Counted from the stretch's first letter, positions 1 to 9,112 are shown. The stretch: 54,677 bases of DNA from a bacterium (GCA_021824045.1 JAKALR010000003.1:1-54677); one strand, 5' to 3'. The notes: generated by a model from the sequence alone, not told the origin. Numbers and translations are program-made.

Positions 1-274
1 AGAACCAATAGACCAGCTTCTTGAAGAACTTTCCGCTCTTCAAGGTCATGCCGGCCCTCTCGAAGTACTCACCCAGTCCCAGATTAGCGAGGAGCTTATC
101 TAACTGAATCATGTCGATGATCCGTTCGACGAGCGTGCCCAACAGGGACGCTACGATAAGCCCGATGATGAAAACGATGAGCGCACCGATAATCGAAGCG
201 ACCGTGCTCACAAATCCAATCCAAATATTTTGGAGCGAAGCCGCGACGACTGAAGTCCAATCTTGAATAAACAT
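1..274 (-). CDS. Partial (runs off window) conserved TM-helix / MscS-like (CmpX-type) membrane protein
   Basis: Frame not in ORF track: ATG at 274 gives MFIQDWTSVVAASLQNIWIGFVSTVASIIGALIVFIIGLIVASLLGTLVERIIDMIQLDKLL...KLVYWF, open to the window edge; hydrophobic pattern fits TM-helix repeat proteins. Confidence 0.65.
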   Translation of the reverse strand, partial: MFIQDWTSVVAASLQNIWIGFVSTVASIIGALIVFIIGLIVASLLGTLVERIIDMIQLDKLLANLGLGEYFERAGMTLKSGKFFKKLVYWF

Positions 275-351
275 CTCTTATCATCTATTATTTTTAACGA
301 CCTTTATTATTTGGTTCCATTATACCATACGGGGCCAATCTCAAAAAGCGC

Positions 352-1095
352 ATGGAAATAAAAACGAACCTCCACTTCCACACGAAGGACGACCGGGAAG
401 AGGACGGGGAATCGACCACGGAAGTCCACTATGATCTTTTTCAGGGCCTCGATGAGGCCAAAAAATTGGGATTCAACGCCCTCGCGGTCACCTGCCACAA
501 CTTCGTGACCGACGACGAGAGCTATTACAAATACGCCGAAAAACTCGGCATCACCCTGATCCGCGGGATAGAAAAAACCGTAGGGGGGAAACATGTCGTC
601 ATCTTGAATGTCGACAAATCAGCCGAGCATATCAAAACATTTTCCGATCTCCGGGGATACCGCACAAGCCACCCCGAATCGTTCTTTCTCGCTCCTCACC
701 CGTTTTTCGACGGCGGGTATTCGTTAGGGAAAAAACTCAAGACTTACGCCGAGCTCTTCGACGCCATCGAGTATTCGTGGTTCCATTTTAAATTTCTGGA
801 TCTCAACGCCGAGGCGTACTTCTTCGCGAAGGAGCACGGCCTTCCCCTCGTCGCCACGTCCGATACCCACGATCTCGCGAATCTCGGCTTGAGCTACGCG
901 ATCCTCGACGTCCGCGACAATTCCTTTGCAGCGATCGTAGAGGCCCTGAAAACCGGAAAAATCCGGAACGTTTCGCCGGATACCGCGTTCTGGAACAAAA
1001 GGACGTGGAGGATTATACTACAAACTATGGGAGGTTTATTGAAAGGTCGCAAGAAGAATTCATACTATGAAAAAAAACGTAGGAAAATGGGATAA
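352..1095 (+). CDS. PHP-domain metal-dependent phosphoesterase
   Basis: NLHFHT, AVTCHN, GIE, APHPF and TSDTH metal-binding motifs. Confidence 0.8.
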   Translation: MEIKTNLHFHTKDDREEDGESTTEVHYDLFQGLDEAKKLGFNALAVTCHNFVTDDESYYKYAEKLGITLIRGIEKTVGGKHVVILNVDKSAEHIKTFSDLRGYRTSHPESFFLAPHPFFDGGYSLGKKLKTYAELFDAIEYSWFHFKFLDLNAEAYFFAKEHGLPLVATSDTHDLANLGLSYAILDVRDNSFAAIVEALKTGKIRNVSPDTAFWNKRTWRIILQTMGGLLKGRKKNSYYEKKRRKMG

Positions 1096-1297
1096 GATCA
1101 TCCGAATTGTCGTCGGCTTGATATTCCTCTATTTCGGATCGATGTCCGCCGGGGCGCTTTCCGTCATCTTTTACATCGTGGCGGTCGTCCTGCTCTTAAC
1201 CGGCCTTTTCGGGACTTGTCCGCTCTATTCGGCGCTCAAGATTAATACCTGCAAGAAATCGGGTTCATCGGGCGAGATGCCGCCGACGCAGCAATAG
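1067..1297 (+). CDS. DUF2892 (YgaP-like) small membrane protein
   Basis: MKKNVGKWDKIIRIVVG...TGLFGTCPLYSALKINT pattern. Confidence 0.8.
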   Translation: MKKNVGKWDKIIRIVVGLIFLYFGSMSAGALSVIFYIVAVVLLLTGLFGTCPLYSALKINTCKKSGSSGEMPPTQQ

Positions 1298-1310
1298 ATT
1301 AGGGCTTAGA

Positions 1311-1350
1311 AAATACCAACACCCCATCACAAAGATGGGGTGTTGTATTT
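1311..1350. terminator. Intrinsic terminator-like hairpin
   Basis: caacaccccatc-acaaa-gatggggtgttg 12-bp stem with A/T flanks, just after the DUF2892 gene. Confidence 0.7.
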
Positions 1351-1524
1351 GTGGAGGCTAATAGAATTTGTTAGAACCTCTGTCCGGGAGAAGATCAAAA
1401 AAGAAATATCTTCTCCTGACAGTTCATAATCCATAATACAGAGATTTTATTCGCAGGGAAAGATGAGTGAGAATGACGGAAGAGACAAATCGACTCCGCT
1501 CCCCCCTCATGGTATCCTTATGGC

Positions 1525-2025
1525 GTGGAGAAAGAGGAAAATAACTTTGCTTTCATCGACAGCCAGAATGTATACAAAGGCATCCAAAGCCTTAGCTGGA
1601 AGCTGGACTGGGCGAGATTCAGGAAATACCTCAAGGAGAAATACGGCGTTACGACCGCCTACCTCTTCATCGGCTTCATGCCGGAACATAATGACATCTA
1701 TGACGAACTCCAGAAGGCTGGGTTCGTCTTGAAGTTCAAACCGGTCCTCCCGAACAGCGACGGCGGCGTGAAGGGTAATGTGGATGCCGATCTCGTCCTC
1801 CAAGCCATGCTGGATTATGGGAACTACGACAGGGCAGTCATCGTCTCCAGCGACGGCGATTTCTACTCCCTGGTACGGCACCTATACCAGAATGGCAAAC
1901 TGAAACTTGTGATGAGTCCTTATGTGAAAACCTGTTCCACGCTCCTCAAAAAATCCGCCAAGGAAAAGATCGTCTATATGGACAATCTCAAGAAGAAGCT
2001 CGGTAAAAGAAAAAGCACCGCTTAG
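1525..2025 (+). CDS. NYN domain (LabA/DUF88, PIN-fold) nuclease
   Basis: FIDSQN, KGNVDADL and SSDGDF acidic catalytic motifs. Confidence 0.85.
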   Translation: MEKEENNFAFIDSQNVYKGIQSLSWKLDWARFRKYLKEKYGVTTAYLFIGFMPEHNDIYDELQKAGFVLKFKPVLPNSDGGVKGNVDADLVLQAMLDYGNYDRAVIVSSDGDFYSLVRHLYQNGKLKLVMSPYVKTCSTLLKKSAKEKIVYMDNLKKKLGKRKSTA

Positions 2026-2094
2026 GGACGGAACCCGAAGAGGTGCTCTTTCATGTGGATATTATTATAATACACGCCGCTGCGGCGAAGTCAA
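2011..2094 (-). promoter_or_regulatory. Antisense sigma70-like promoter plus hairpin/terminator overlapping the NYN 3' end (putative ~55-nt sRNA)
   Basis: Minus strand: TTGACT (2094-2089), 16 nt, TATTAT/TATAAT (2072-2064), then hairpin gagcacc...ggtgct followed by a T run. Confidence 0.45.
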
Positions 2095-2138
2095 GGATGG
2101 TGTGGATAATCGGAATAGATCACATTGCGGGGTTTCTA

Positions 2139-2300
2139 TTAATCAAGCATATCCAGCCTTTTCCTCTTACGGAATACGATCCTACAAACGCTATCCAATC
2201 TCTCAAACTTCTCCAAGGCTCCGTCTCTCGTGAGCTTCTCGCCGAACTCCTGGTCCATAAGCTTGATGAATTTGTCTAGGGTATGATCGGGTATTTGTAT
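2139..2300 (-). pseudogene. Small helical protein remnant with ATA at the expected start, of the kind seen in CPR integrative elements
   Basis: Reads IQIPDHTLDKFIKLMDQEFGEKLTRDGALEKFERLDSVCRIVFRKRKRLDMLD*; resemblance is from memory of small CPR recombinase-adjacent ORFs. Confidence 0.35.
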
Positions 2301-2329
2301 AAAAAGAGACTATCAGGCCATGATGTATA

Positions 2330-2896
2330 ATGGAAGTGGACAATTACAAAAACTTATCTCATTATTTATCTGTGAACATGAACTGGTTTACGAGTCCGGC
2401 ATCGTGGGGATGGGTTGCCGTCATAGTCGCTGTCGTCGCAGTGATTCTGCAAGCCGTACAAGTGTGGTTACAGAACAAGACTACAAGGGAACAGCTCCGT
2501 GTTAATTTTTATCTCGAACTTAGGAAGCAATTTGATAGCCCTGAATTTCGTCGGGCTCGTGGTTATCTCGCGCAACAGTTTCTAGCGAAGGATTTTCAGG
2601 AAGGTATTATTACAACTCCGACTCATGATGAGATTCAAGAAACCGTCATGAACTTTTTTGAAGACATGGGCACCCTTCTCCGACGTGGCTACCTTGATTC
2701 CGAATTGATAACAGATACTTTTAGTTACTATGGACTTGGTTGGTGGAACGTATGCAAAGAATACATTATCGAAGAGAGAAAAACACATAATAACGACCCA
2801 ACACTCTTTTCTGATTTCGAAAAGCTTGCCACCCTGTGGAAAGATTGGCCAGTAGCTGGTATCAAGGATTTCCTATTTGAGGAACTTCGTGCTTGA
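2330..2896 (+). CDS. N-terminal TM protein, DUF4760-like
   Basis: Single TM helix then NFFEDMG.L...G.LD..L and F..FE.LA motifs. Confidence 0.6.
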   Translation: MEVDNYKNLSHYLSVNMNWFTSPASWGWVAVIVAVVAVILQAVQVWLQNKTTREQLRVNFYLELRKQFDSPEFRRARGYLAQQFLAKDFQEGIITTPTHDEIQETVMNFFEDMGTLLRRGYLDSELITDTFSYYGLGWWNVCKEYIIEERKTHNNDPTLFSDFEKLATLWKDWPVAGIKDFLFEELRA

Positions 2897-2924
2897 TCCA
2901 CTATTTAATCACGATGTACGAGAA

Positions 2925-3170
2925 TTAGCGCCACATTTCCTCTCGGACCTTACAAGTAAGGCCACCAAAAAGCTCATTGACTGGCACACCCAGGAACACT
3001 GAGAGCCTGATGGCGCTTATAAGGTTTGGCAGCGAGTCACCGCTCTCCCAATGAGATATCCAGTCGGGATCGATACGGAGACGTTCGCCCAACTCTCGCT
3101 GGGTCAGGTCCATCCTTTTCCGATACTTTCTGATGTAATTCGATATATGACGGTATTTTTCATAATCCAT
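2925..3170 (-). CDS. XRE/Cro-family helix-turn-helix regulator
   Basis: IRKYRKRMDLTQRELGERL...ISHWESG..LP. Confidence 0.85.
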   Translation of the reverse strand: MDYEKYRHISNYIRKYRKRMDLTQRELGERLRIDPDWISHWESGDSLPNLISAIRLSVFLGVPVNELFGGLTCKVREEMWR

Positions 3171-3263
3171 ACCTAAGATGGTACAGATGAGTTATTCACT
3201 TCATAAGGTGGGCAGTTTTGTCGCTTCCGGCAACTTTAGGCCTATGAATCCTGCCTAAAACAG

Positions 3264-3290
3264 AAAAGCCCATCCTGAGAGATGAGCTTT
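3264..3290 (-). terminator. Terminator-like hairpin downstream of tRNA-Ala
   Basis: aaaagcccatc-ctgaga-gatgagcttt. Confidence 0.5.
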
Positions 3291-3308
3291 CCCGTGGAAG
3301 TACACAGG

Positions 3309-3379
3309 TGGACCTGAGGGGAATTGAACCCCTACCTCAGCAATGCGAATGCTGCGTAATGCCGTTTTACTACAGGCCC
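3309..3379 (-). tRNA. tRNA-Ala(CGC)
   Basis: GGGCCTG/CAGGTCC acceptor with G3:U70, anticodon arm CAGCA-TT-CGC-AT-TGCTG, GGTTCAATTCC T arm. Confidence 0.92.
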
Positions 3380-3392
3380 GAGAAAACTTTTT

Positions 3393-3848
3393 CTATTCTA
3401 CCTTATTTTCCGGATTTTTCCACTCCTCAACGTTGGGAACCGTATTGAGTCTCTCTTTGAAGTATTTCTCGATCATCTCGATGTCTTTCAAATCCTTTTC
3501 TCTTTTGAGCAACTTCTTCCATTTCAAGACCTCAATCAGCCTGACGAAAGGCAATCCTTCTATTATTTCCGAGTCCTCTATCAGTTGTTTTACGTTCCAC
3601 TCCCCCGGCCCCCAATCATTGAATATCTCAACACCATCGTTTGCCAACACCTCATCGCCGTTCTCCACATCTTTCAATTCCCAGCCGGACTCGTTCTTAT
3701 ATTCGTTAAAAACTTCTTCGGTGACGATGAGGTCGATGTCATGACAATCCCTCAAACCTCTCACGGCCATGGGGCCGCTGCCGAATATGGCGTACGAACC
3801 GGCCGGCAGGCCGATGTTCTTCACTTTCTCGAAAAGCTCCCACGACAT
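3393..3848 (-). CDS. Nucleotidyltransferase-fold hypothetical protein
   Basis: YAIFGSG...HDIDL (GS..DxD) motif and C-terminal REKDLKD. Confidence 0.6.
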   Translation of the reverse strand: MSWELFEKVKNIGLPAGSYAIFGSGPMAVRGLRDCHDIDLIVTEEVFNEYKNESGWELKDVENGDEVLANDGVEIFNDWGPGEWNVKQLIEDSEIIEGLPFVRLIEVLKWKKLLKREKDLKDIEMIEKYFKERLNTVPNVEEWKNPENKVE

Positions 3849-3890
3849 AATTTTATTCTACCATACCGATATGGGGTATAATGGCAGTGC

Positions 3891-6800
3891 ATGGAAATAA
3901 AGACCAAAACATTCGAGGAGGCATATCAGCGTCTCAATAAGGAGCAAAAGGAAGCTGTCGACGCGGTGGAGGGTCCGGTCATGGTGATCGCGGGCCCGGG
4001 AACCGGGAAAACGGAGGTTTTGGCCGTCCGGATCGCGAACATCATTTTGAAAACGGGGACTCCCCCGGAAGCGATTCTCGCCCTTACCTTCACCGAATCG
4101 GGTGCTCATTCCATGAAGCTCAGGCTCCGAGAACTCATCGGGCCCGAAGCGTACCGGGTTATCGTTGCAACGTTCCACGGTTTCGCAAATTCGGTCATTC
4201 AAGATTATCCCGAATATTTTCCCGATATCGTCGGCTCCTCCCCCATCGACGAGGCGGAGCAGATTAAGATCCTCCGGAAGATCCTCGATGAAACGCCGTT
4301 CGAATATTTAAAAACAAAAAATAACCCCTACTACTACCTTGAAAAGATTAAGCGCGCCATTGAGGACTTAAAACGCGAAGGCGTTTCACCCGACGACTTC
4401 CGCCGCATCGTGGAAAAAGAAGAAAAGCTATTCGCTTCCCAGGACGACGTCCGGAACGCGGCGGGAAAAGTGAAAACCAAATACTTGGATGATGAACGGC
4501 ATATTGAGAAGAACAAAGAGCTTGCCGCAATCTATGAAGCGTACGAACGCGGACTCCGGAACGGCGGCCATTACGACTACAACGACATGATCATGGAAGT
4601 CGCTGAGGCGCTCGAGAAACGGGAAAATCTCCGTGCGACACTCCAGGAGAAATACCACTACTTCCTCATCGACGAACACCAGGACACCAATAAGGCGCAG
4701 AATAAAATTCTCGAGCTCTTGGCGAGCTTTTACGATAACCCCAACCTCTTCATTGTAGGCGATGCAAAACAGGCCATCTTCCGGTTCCAGGGAGCGTCCA
4801 TCGAGAATTTCTTCCACTTCCGAAAGCTTTACCGCGAGGTGCGGCTCATAAATCTCAAGGACAACTACCGCTCAACCCAGACCATCCTTGACGTCGCCTA
4901 CGCCCTCGCAAAGCACGACGAACCGCTCACGGCCCGTGCGGGGCACACCGAGTCCCCCGTGAAGATCTGCACCTTTGACACGCGCGACCATGAAAACTAT
5001 TTCATTGCCCGAAAAACTGCCGAACTCATCGAGAACGGCGAGCGTCCCGAGGAAATCGCCATCATTTTCCGGGAGAACAAAGACGCTGAACCCATCGCGC
5101 GGATGCTGGAAAACCTGAACGTTCTCTCGAACATCGAGTCGGAGGACGACGTTATGAGCGACCCCGATTTCGAGCGGTTCAAGGCAATCCTTGAATCCAT
5201 TCAAAGCTTCGGCGATGACGCCGCATTCCTGAAAACTCTCTCCGTCGGCTTTGTCGACATTCCCCCGCTTGACGTCTATAAACTTTCCATTGCGGCGGCG
5301 GCCATGAGGCACGAAACCAAAAAAATCCACGCCGCTCTCGATATCGCACGATCGAAAGCGCTTCTCGAAAAAGCCGGCATCGAGCGAAGCGATTTGATCC
5401 TCGACTTCGAACGGAAACTCGCTTTCTGGAAAAGCGCATCGGAAAAGGAGGGTGTCTTGAACGTTTTCTCCGACATCGTCCGCGAATCCGGCTTCCTCGC
5501 GAAGATCCTCCGCGATCCGCAAGGCAACGTGAAACTCGAAAAACTCCACACACTCTTCAATCATCTCCGGACGCTCACGGAAGCGCACCGCGAGTACCGT
5601 CTTGCCGACTTCATGGAATACCTGCGGCTTCTCGAAGAACACAACGTGAAAATCAAGAGTCCGTCCGCGGGCCCCGTCCCCGGAAGAGTACGTCTTATGA
5701 CCGCCCACCGGTCGAAGGGTCTCGAATTCAACGAGGTCTTCATCGTAAATGCCATTGAAGGTAAATGGGGATCGTCCCGGAAACGGCCGGAGCATATCAA
5801 GCTCCCCGCGCGCGTCTTTTCGTTCAATCAAGCCGGAGAACGGGAGGAATCGGAGAAAACCGACGAAGAACTCAATATCTTCTATGTGGCGCTCACGAGG
5901 GCAAAGAAAGAGGTGTACCTCACCTATGCCTCGCTCAAAGATTCCGGCGAACCGACCGAACCAACCCGTTTCATCGCCGAGATCGCGCCGGAGCTTGCGG
6001 AACAGGTCGACACGAAACGGTATAAAGAAGAATTCGAATCGCATCTTGAGATTGCATTCGCGAAGCGGCCGCAAGCCGCTCCCCCGCTCATGGAAAAGGA
6101 ATATTTGAATCGCCTCTTCCGGGAACAGAACTTTTCGGTCACCGCGCTCAACAACTTTCTCGCATGCCCGTGGCAATATTTTTACCGCAATCTCGTTCGC
6201 ATCCCCGAGGCGCCGACGCCGAGTTTGGCGTTCGGGAATGCCGTGCACTATGCCATGAAAAATTTCTTCGAGGCCCTGAAAAGCGGCAAAAAACCAAACA
6301 AGGAATATCTTTTGAAGATGTTCCGCTTCGGCCTTGCTCACCAACCGCTCATGGAAACCGATGAAGAGCGTCTTCTTCAACGCGGCGAACAATCGCTTGC
6401 CGGCTACTACGATGAGTACGAGAGTACCTGGAACCCAAACGTTCTCGTTGAGAAGAGCATCAACGATGTTGAACTCGACGGTATAAAACTCACGGGGAAA
6501 CTCGACAAGGTGGAACTATTGGATATCGGGGGACACGTGAACGTCGTCGATTACAAAACCGGCAAACCGAAATCCGAGAACGAGGTACGAGGTCTCACGA
6601 AATCGAGCGACGGCAACTATTTCCGCCAACTTTCCTTTTATAAACTCCTCCTCGATGAACATGGAGGGGAACGATTCATGATGACGTCCGGCATCATCGA
6701 TTTCGTGGAGCCGACCGAGAGCGGTGCGTACCGGCGGTATGCTTTCGACATATCGGACGGCGACGTCAAAAAGGTTTCTGAAGAGATCAAAGAAACCGCG

Positions 6801-6899
6801 CAGAAGATACTCGATCTTTCTTTCTGGGACGAGTATTGCGGCGACAAGGATTGCGAATACTGCGAGCTTCGCAAGATGTCCCTCTTGAAAACAAATTGA
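3891..6899 (+). CDS. UvrD/Rep-family ATP-dependent helicase fused to a C-terminal PD-(D/E)XK nuclease (AdnB-like)
   Basis: AGPGTGKT, DEHQD, VGDAKQAIFRFQGA, NYRS, MTAHRSKGLEF, YVALTRAK; GKLDKV...VDYKTG; terminal C..C..C cluster. Confidence 0.92.
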   Translation: MEIKTKTFEEAYQRLNKEQKEAVDAVEGPVMVIAGPGTGKTEVLAVRIANIILKTGTPPEAILALTFTESGAHSMKLRLRELIGPEAYRVIVATFHGFANSVIQDYPEYFPDIVGSSPIDEAEQIKILRKILDETPFEYLKTKNNPYYYLEKIKRAIEDLKREGVSPDDFRRIVEKEEKLFASQDDVRNAAGKVKTKYLDDERHIEKNKELAAIYEAYERGLRNGGHYDYNDMIMEVAEALEKRENLRATLQEKYHYFLIDEHQDTNKAQNKILELLASFYDNPNLFIVGDAKQAIFRFQGASIENFFHFRKLYREVRLINLKDNYRSTQTILDVAYALAKHDEPLTARAGHTESPVKICTFDTRDHENYFIARKTAELIENGERPEEIAIIFRENKDAEPIARMLENLNVLSNIESEDDVMSDPDFERFKAILESIQSFGDDAAFLKTLSVGFVDIPPLDVYKLSIAAAAMRHETKKIHAALDIARSKALLEKAGIERSDLILDFERKLAFWKSASEKEGVLNVFSDIVRESGFLAKILRDPQGNVKLEKLHTLFNHLRTLTEAHREYRLADFMEYLRLLEEHNVKIKSPSAGPVPGRVRLMTAHRSKGLEFNEVFIVNAIEGKWGSSRKRPEHIKLPARVFSFNQAGEREESEKTDEELNIFYVALTRAKKEVYLTYASLKDSGEPTEPTRFIAEIAPELAEQVDTKRYKEEFESHLEIAFAKRPQAAPPLMEKEYLNRLFREQNFSVTALNNFLACPWQYFYRNLVRIPEAPTPSLAFGNAVHYAMKNFFEALKSGKKPNKEYLLKMFRFGLAHQPLMETDEERLLQRGEQSLAGYYDEYESTWNPNVLVEKSINDVELDGIKLTGKLDKVELLDIGGHVNVVDYKTGKPKSENEVRGLTKSSDGNYFRQLSFYKLLLDEHGGERFMMTSGIIDFVEPTESGAYRRYAFDISDGDVKKVSEEIKETAQKILDLSFWDEYCGDKDCEYCELRKMSLLKTN

Positions 6900-6924
6900 C
6901 GCCCGTTCGGAGCTGGTTTATGCT
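6896..6924 (+). promoter_or_regulatory. Sigma70 promoter for tRNA-Pro
   Basis: TTGACG-17 nt-TATGCT, 11 nt upstream of the tRNA. Confidence 0.55.
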
Positions 6925-6935
6925 AATAAAACGTT

Positions 6936-7006
6936 CGGGCTGGAGTATGCCGGTAGTACGCACGCTTCGGGTGCGTGTAGACTGGGTTCGATTCCCAGCA
7001 GCCCGA
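6936..7006 (+). tRNA. tRNA-Pro(CGG)
   Basis: CGGGCTG/CAGCCCG acceptor, CACGC-TT-CGG-GT-GCGTG anticodon arm, GGTTCGATTCC. Confidence 0.9.
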
Positions 7007-7014
7007 CAAGAGAG

Positions 7015-8523
7015 TTATTTCACGTAGTATTTCTTTTTCATCTCGTCCTCGACGCCGCCTTCGAATTCTTCCTTGGTCTCCCGGGCTTTTTCCGACAAGG
7101 TCTTCAACTCTTTGTCCGAGAGCATGCCGAGGTATTCGACGCGGCTGATGAGTTTGTCTTTGACATTCTTCTTCGGGTCGTCCAAGACCTCTTCGAGGAG
7201 AATCGCGAGGATCCAGCCGATTTTCGGGCCGGGTTTCGCGTTCAAGAGCTTCATCACGTCCGTCCCGTCAACCGCGAGCATCTTGGGCGATATCGGGTCG
7301 CGCTTCACTTTCTCGATCATGAAGAGAAGGTGGCGGAGTTTATACGGGAACGCCTTCGGCACGCCGGAACCGATGCGATCAGCTTCCCGAACTTTCAGAA
7401 GATCATCGACATTCTCCGGTCCCACCCGCGCGAGGAATCGCCGGACGCCCGCTTCCGTCACCTCGCCGACGTTGTAATAGAAAAGGTGGAATCGCACCAA
7501 GTGGCCGATTTTTTCGATCAGTTCCCTGGAGAACTTCAGACGATCCATGATTTTCAAGGCCATCCGGGCGCCCACGACCTCGTGGTTGTAGAACGTGGAA
7601 TCGGGTCCGTCTCCCCGCTTCACCCGCGGCTTCCCGACGTCATGGAGGAGCGAGGCGAGGCGCACCTCGAACGAATAGCCCTTCTCGGCGGTGTAATTCA
7701 GCGCCCGCACGTTATGATCAAAAACAGTATAGATATGGTGCTTGTTCTGACCGCACCCGATTCCCTCCCGGAGTTCCGGGATGATGTACTGCAAAAGCCC
7801 GGCATCTTCGAGGAGGACGATTCCTTCGGCCGCCCGGTCAGCCACAATGATCTTCACGAGCTCATCCCGTATCCGCTCCTTCGATATGCCGTCCAGAAGG
7901 CCTGCCTTTTCCTTGATCGCTTCGAATGTTTTCCGCTCTATCTCGAAACCCAGTTGGACCGCGAACCGCACCGCTCGCATGAGGCGCAACGCGTCTTCGT
8001 CGAAGCGCTTATGCGGATCACCGACGGCGCGGATGATTTTCTTCTTCAGGTCTTTTTGGCCGTCGAAGGGATCGACTAACAACAAATCACCTCCGACTGA
8101 TAACTTATAACTGTTATTAGTTTTAAGTTTTTTGTTGCCAGTTAAGGCCAATGCCAGGGCGTTCACGGTGAAATCGCGCCGCGACAGATCTTCTTCGATG
8201 GTCGAAACGAACCGCACCTCCAACGGATGCCGGAGATCGCCGTACTCGCCGTCCGATCGGAACGTGGTCACCTCGAGAATCTTGACGGCCGGATCCTCCG
8301 AACGGGTCTTCACGCCCACCGTGCCGAAATTGTTTTCGTAGACGTTGTCCGGAAAGATTTTTTGGATCTCTTCCGGCCGGGCGTTCGTCGCGATATCCCA
8401 ATCCTTCGGCGTCGCACCGAGCGCCAAATCCCGCACGCAGCCGCCGACGAGATATGCCTCGTAGCCGGCTTCGGCCAAAGCTTTCACCGCTTCTTTCACT
8501 TCTTTGGGGATTTTCGGGATCAT
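7015..8523 (-). CDS. cca: CCA-adding tRNA nucleotidyltransferase with HD domain
   Basis: VGGCVRD...DWDIAT, EDLSRRDFTVNA, RFDEDALRLMRAVRF, LLHDVGK; start set at MIPKIPK. Confidence 0.88.
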   Translation of the reverse strand: MIPKIPKEVKEAVKALAEAGYEAYLVGGCVRDLALGATPKDWDIATNARPEEIQKIFPDNVYENNFGTVGVKTRSEDPAVKILEVTTFRSDGEYGDLRHPLEVRFVSTIEEDLSRRDFTVNALALALTGNKKLKTNNSYKLSVGGDLLLVDPFDGQKDLKKKIIRAVGDPHKRFDEDALRLMRAVRFAVQLGFEIERKTFEAIKEKAGLLDGISKERIRDELVKIIVADRAAEGIVLLEDAGLLQYIIPELREGIGCGQNKHHIYTVFDHNVRALNYTAEKGYSFEVRLASLLHDVGKPRVKRGDGPDSTFYNHEVVGARMALKIMDRLKFSRELIEKIGHLVRFHLFYYNVGEVTEAGVRRFLARVGPENVDDLLKVREADRIGSGVPKAFPYKLRHLLFMIEKVKRDPISPKMLAVDGTDVMKLLNAKPGPKIGWILAILLEEVLDDPKKNVKDKLISRVEYLGMLSDKELKTLSEKARETKEEFEGGVEDEMKKKYYVK

Positions 8524-8596
8524 TATGATAATTTTAGCTTCATTTGGCGTTTTTGCCAAAAAACGCGATTCCGAATAGAATCAAGGTAAGGGCATT

Positions 8597-8828
8597 GCCC
8601 CTATAGCTCCCTCCTTCGCTCAAGCATAGCTGAGCTTCGGAAGGGCGAGAAGCTTAAATTCAGCGGTCCCTTGCTCATCCGAAGCTTTGATGTGAAATCA
8701 AAGCGGAGGAGAGCCCCTATAGCTCCCTCCTTCGCTCAAGCATAGCTGAGCTTCGGAAGGGCGAGAAGCTTAAATTCAGCGGTCCCTTGCTCATCCGAAG
8801 CTTTGACGTGAAATCAAAGCAAGGCACT
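8597..8828 (+). repeat. Two tandem 116-bp units, each made of the first 13 nt of tRNA-Arg plus an inverted pair of REP-like palindromes
   Basis: Units start at 8597 and 8713 and the tRNA at 8829, all with GCCCCTATAGCTC; the units are near-identical. Confidence 0.9.
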
Positions 8829-8903
8829 GCCCCTATAGCTCAACGGATAGAGCACTGGTCTTCGGAACCAGGGATGTGGGTTCGATTCCTGCTGGGGGCA
8901 CCA
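8829..8903 (+). tRNA. tRNA-Arg(TCG)
   Basis: GCCCCTA/TGGGGGC acceptor, CTGGT-CT-TCG-GA-ACCAG anticodon arm, encoded CCA. Confidence 0.93.
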
Positions 8904-8949
8904 CAATCAAGAATTTTTAATCTTTAAACATAGAATAACCGAAAACTTT

Positions 8950-9078
8950 CAGCAGGAATCGAACGGAAAAGGGGTCGGGAAAACGGGAGTTTTCCCGTGG
9001 TGGAAGTACTGAAACCGCAAGGTGTCAGGGAGCGGAGCGACGTTCGCTTCCTGCTGGGGGTACCACAATTAAGAATTT
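8950..9078 (+). repeat. Duplicated tRNA-Arg 3' end plus an inverted T-arm copy enclosing a palindrome-rich insert
   Basis: 9042-9078 gttcgcttcctgctgggggtaccacaattaagaattt vs tRNA gttcgattcctgctgggggcaccacaatcaagaattt; 8950-8964 is the reverse complement of the T-arm segment. Confidence 0.8.
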
Positions 9079-9112
9079 CCAATTTGAAATTTACATAAGT
9101 GAAAAAAGAAAA

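Noticed and set aside
1351-1380. tmRNA or tRNA gene
   Set aside because: Only a short 3'-end-like string; no cloverleaf or tmRNA 5' end found
4872-6392. 506-aa minus-strand ORF, and similar long antisense ORFs at 17894-18862, 19993-20781 and 47796-48962
   Set aside because: Shadow ORFs opposite well-supported genes, with no recognisable motifs
8597-8841. CRISPR-like array (13-nt repeat three times)
   Set aside because: The intervening sequences are near-identical and ~103 nt long, the repeat is a tRNA 5' end, and no cas genes are present
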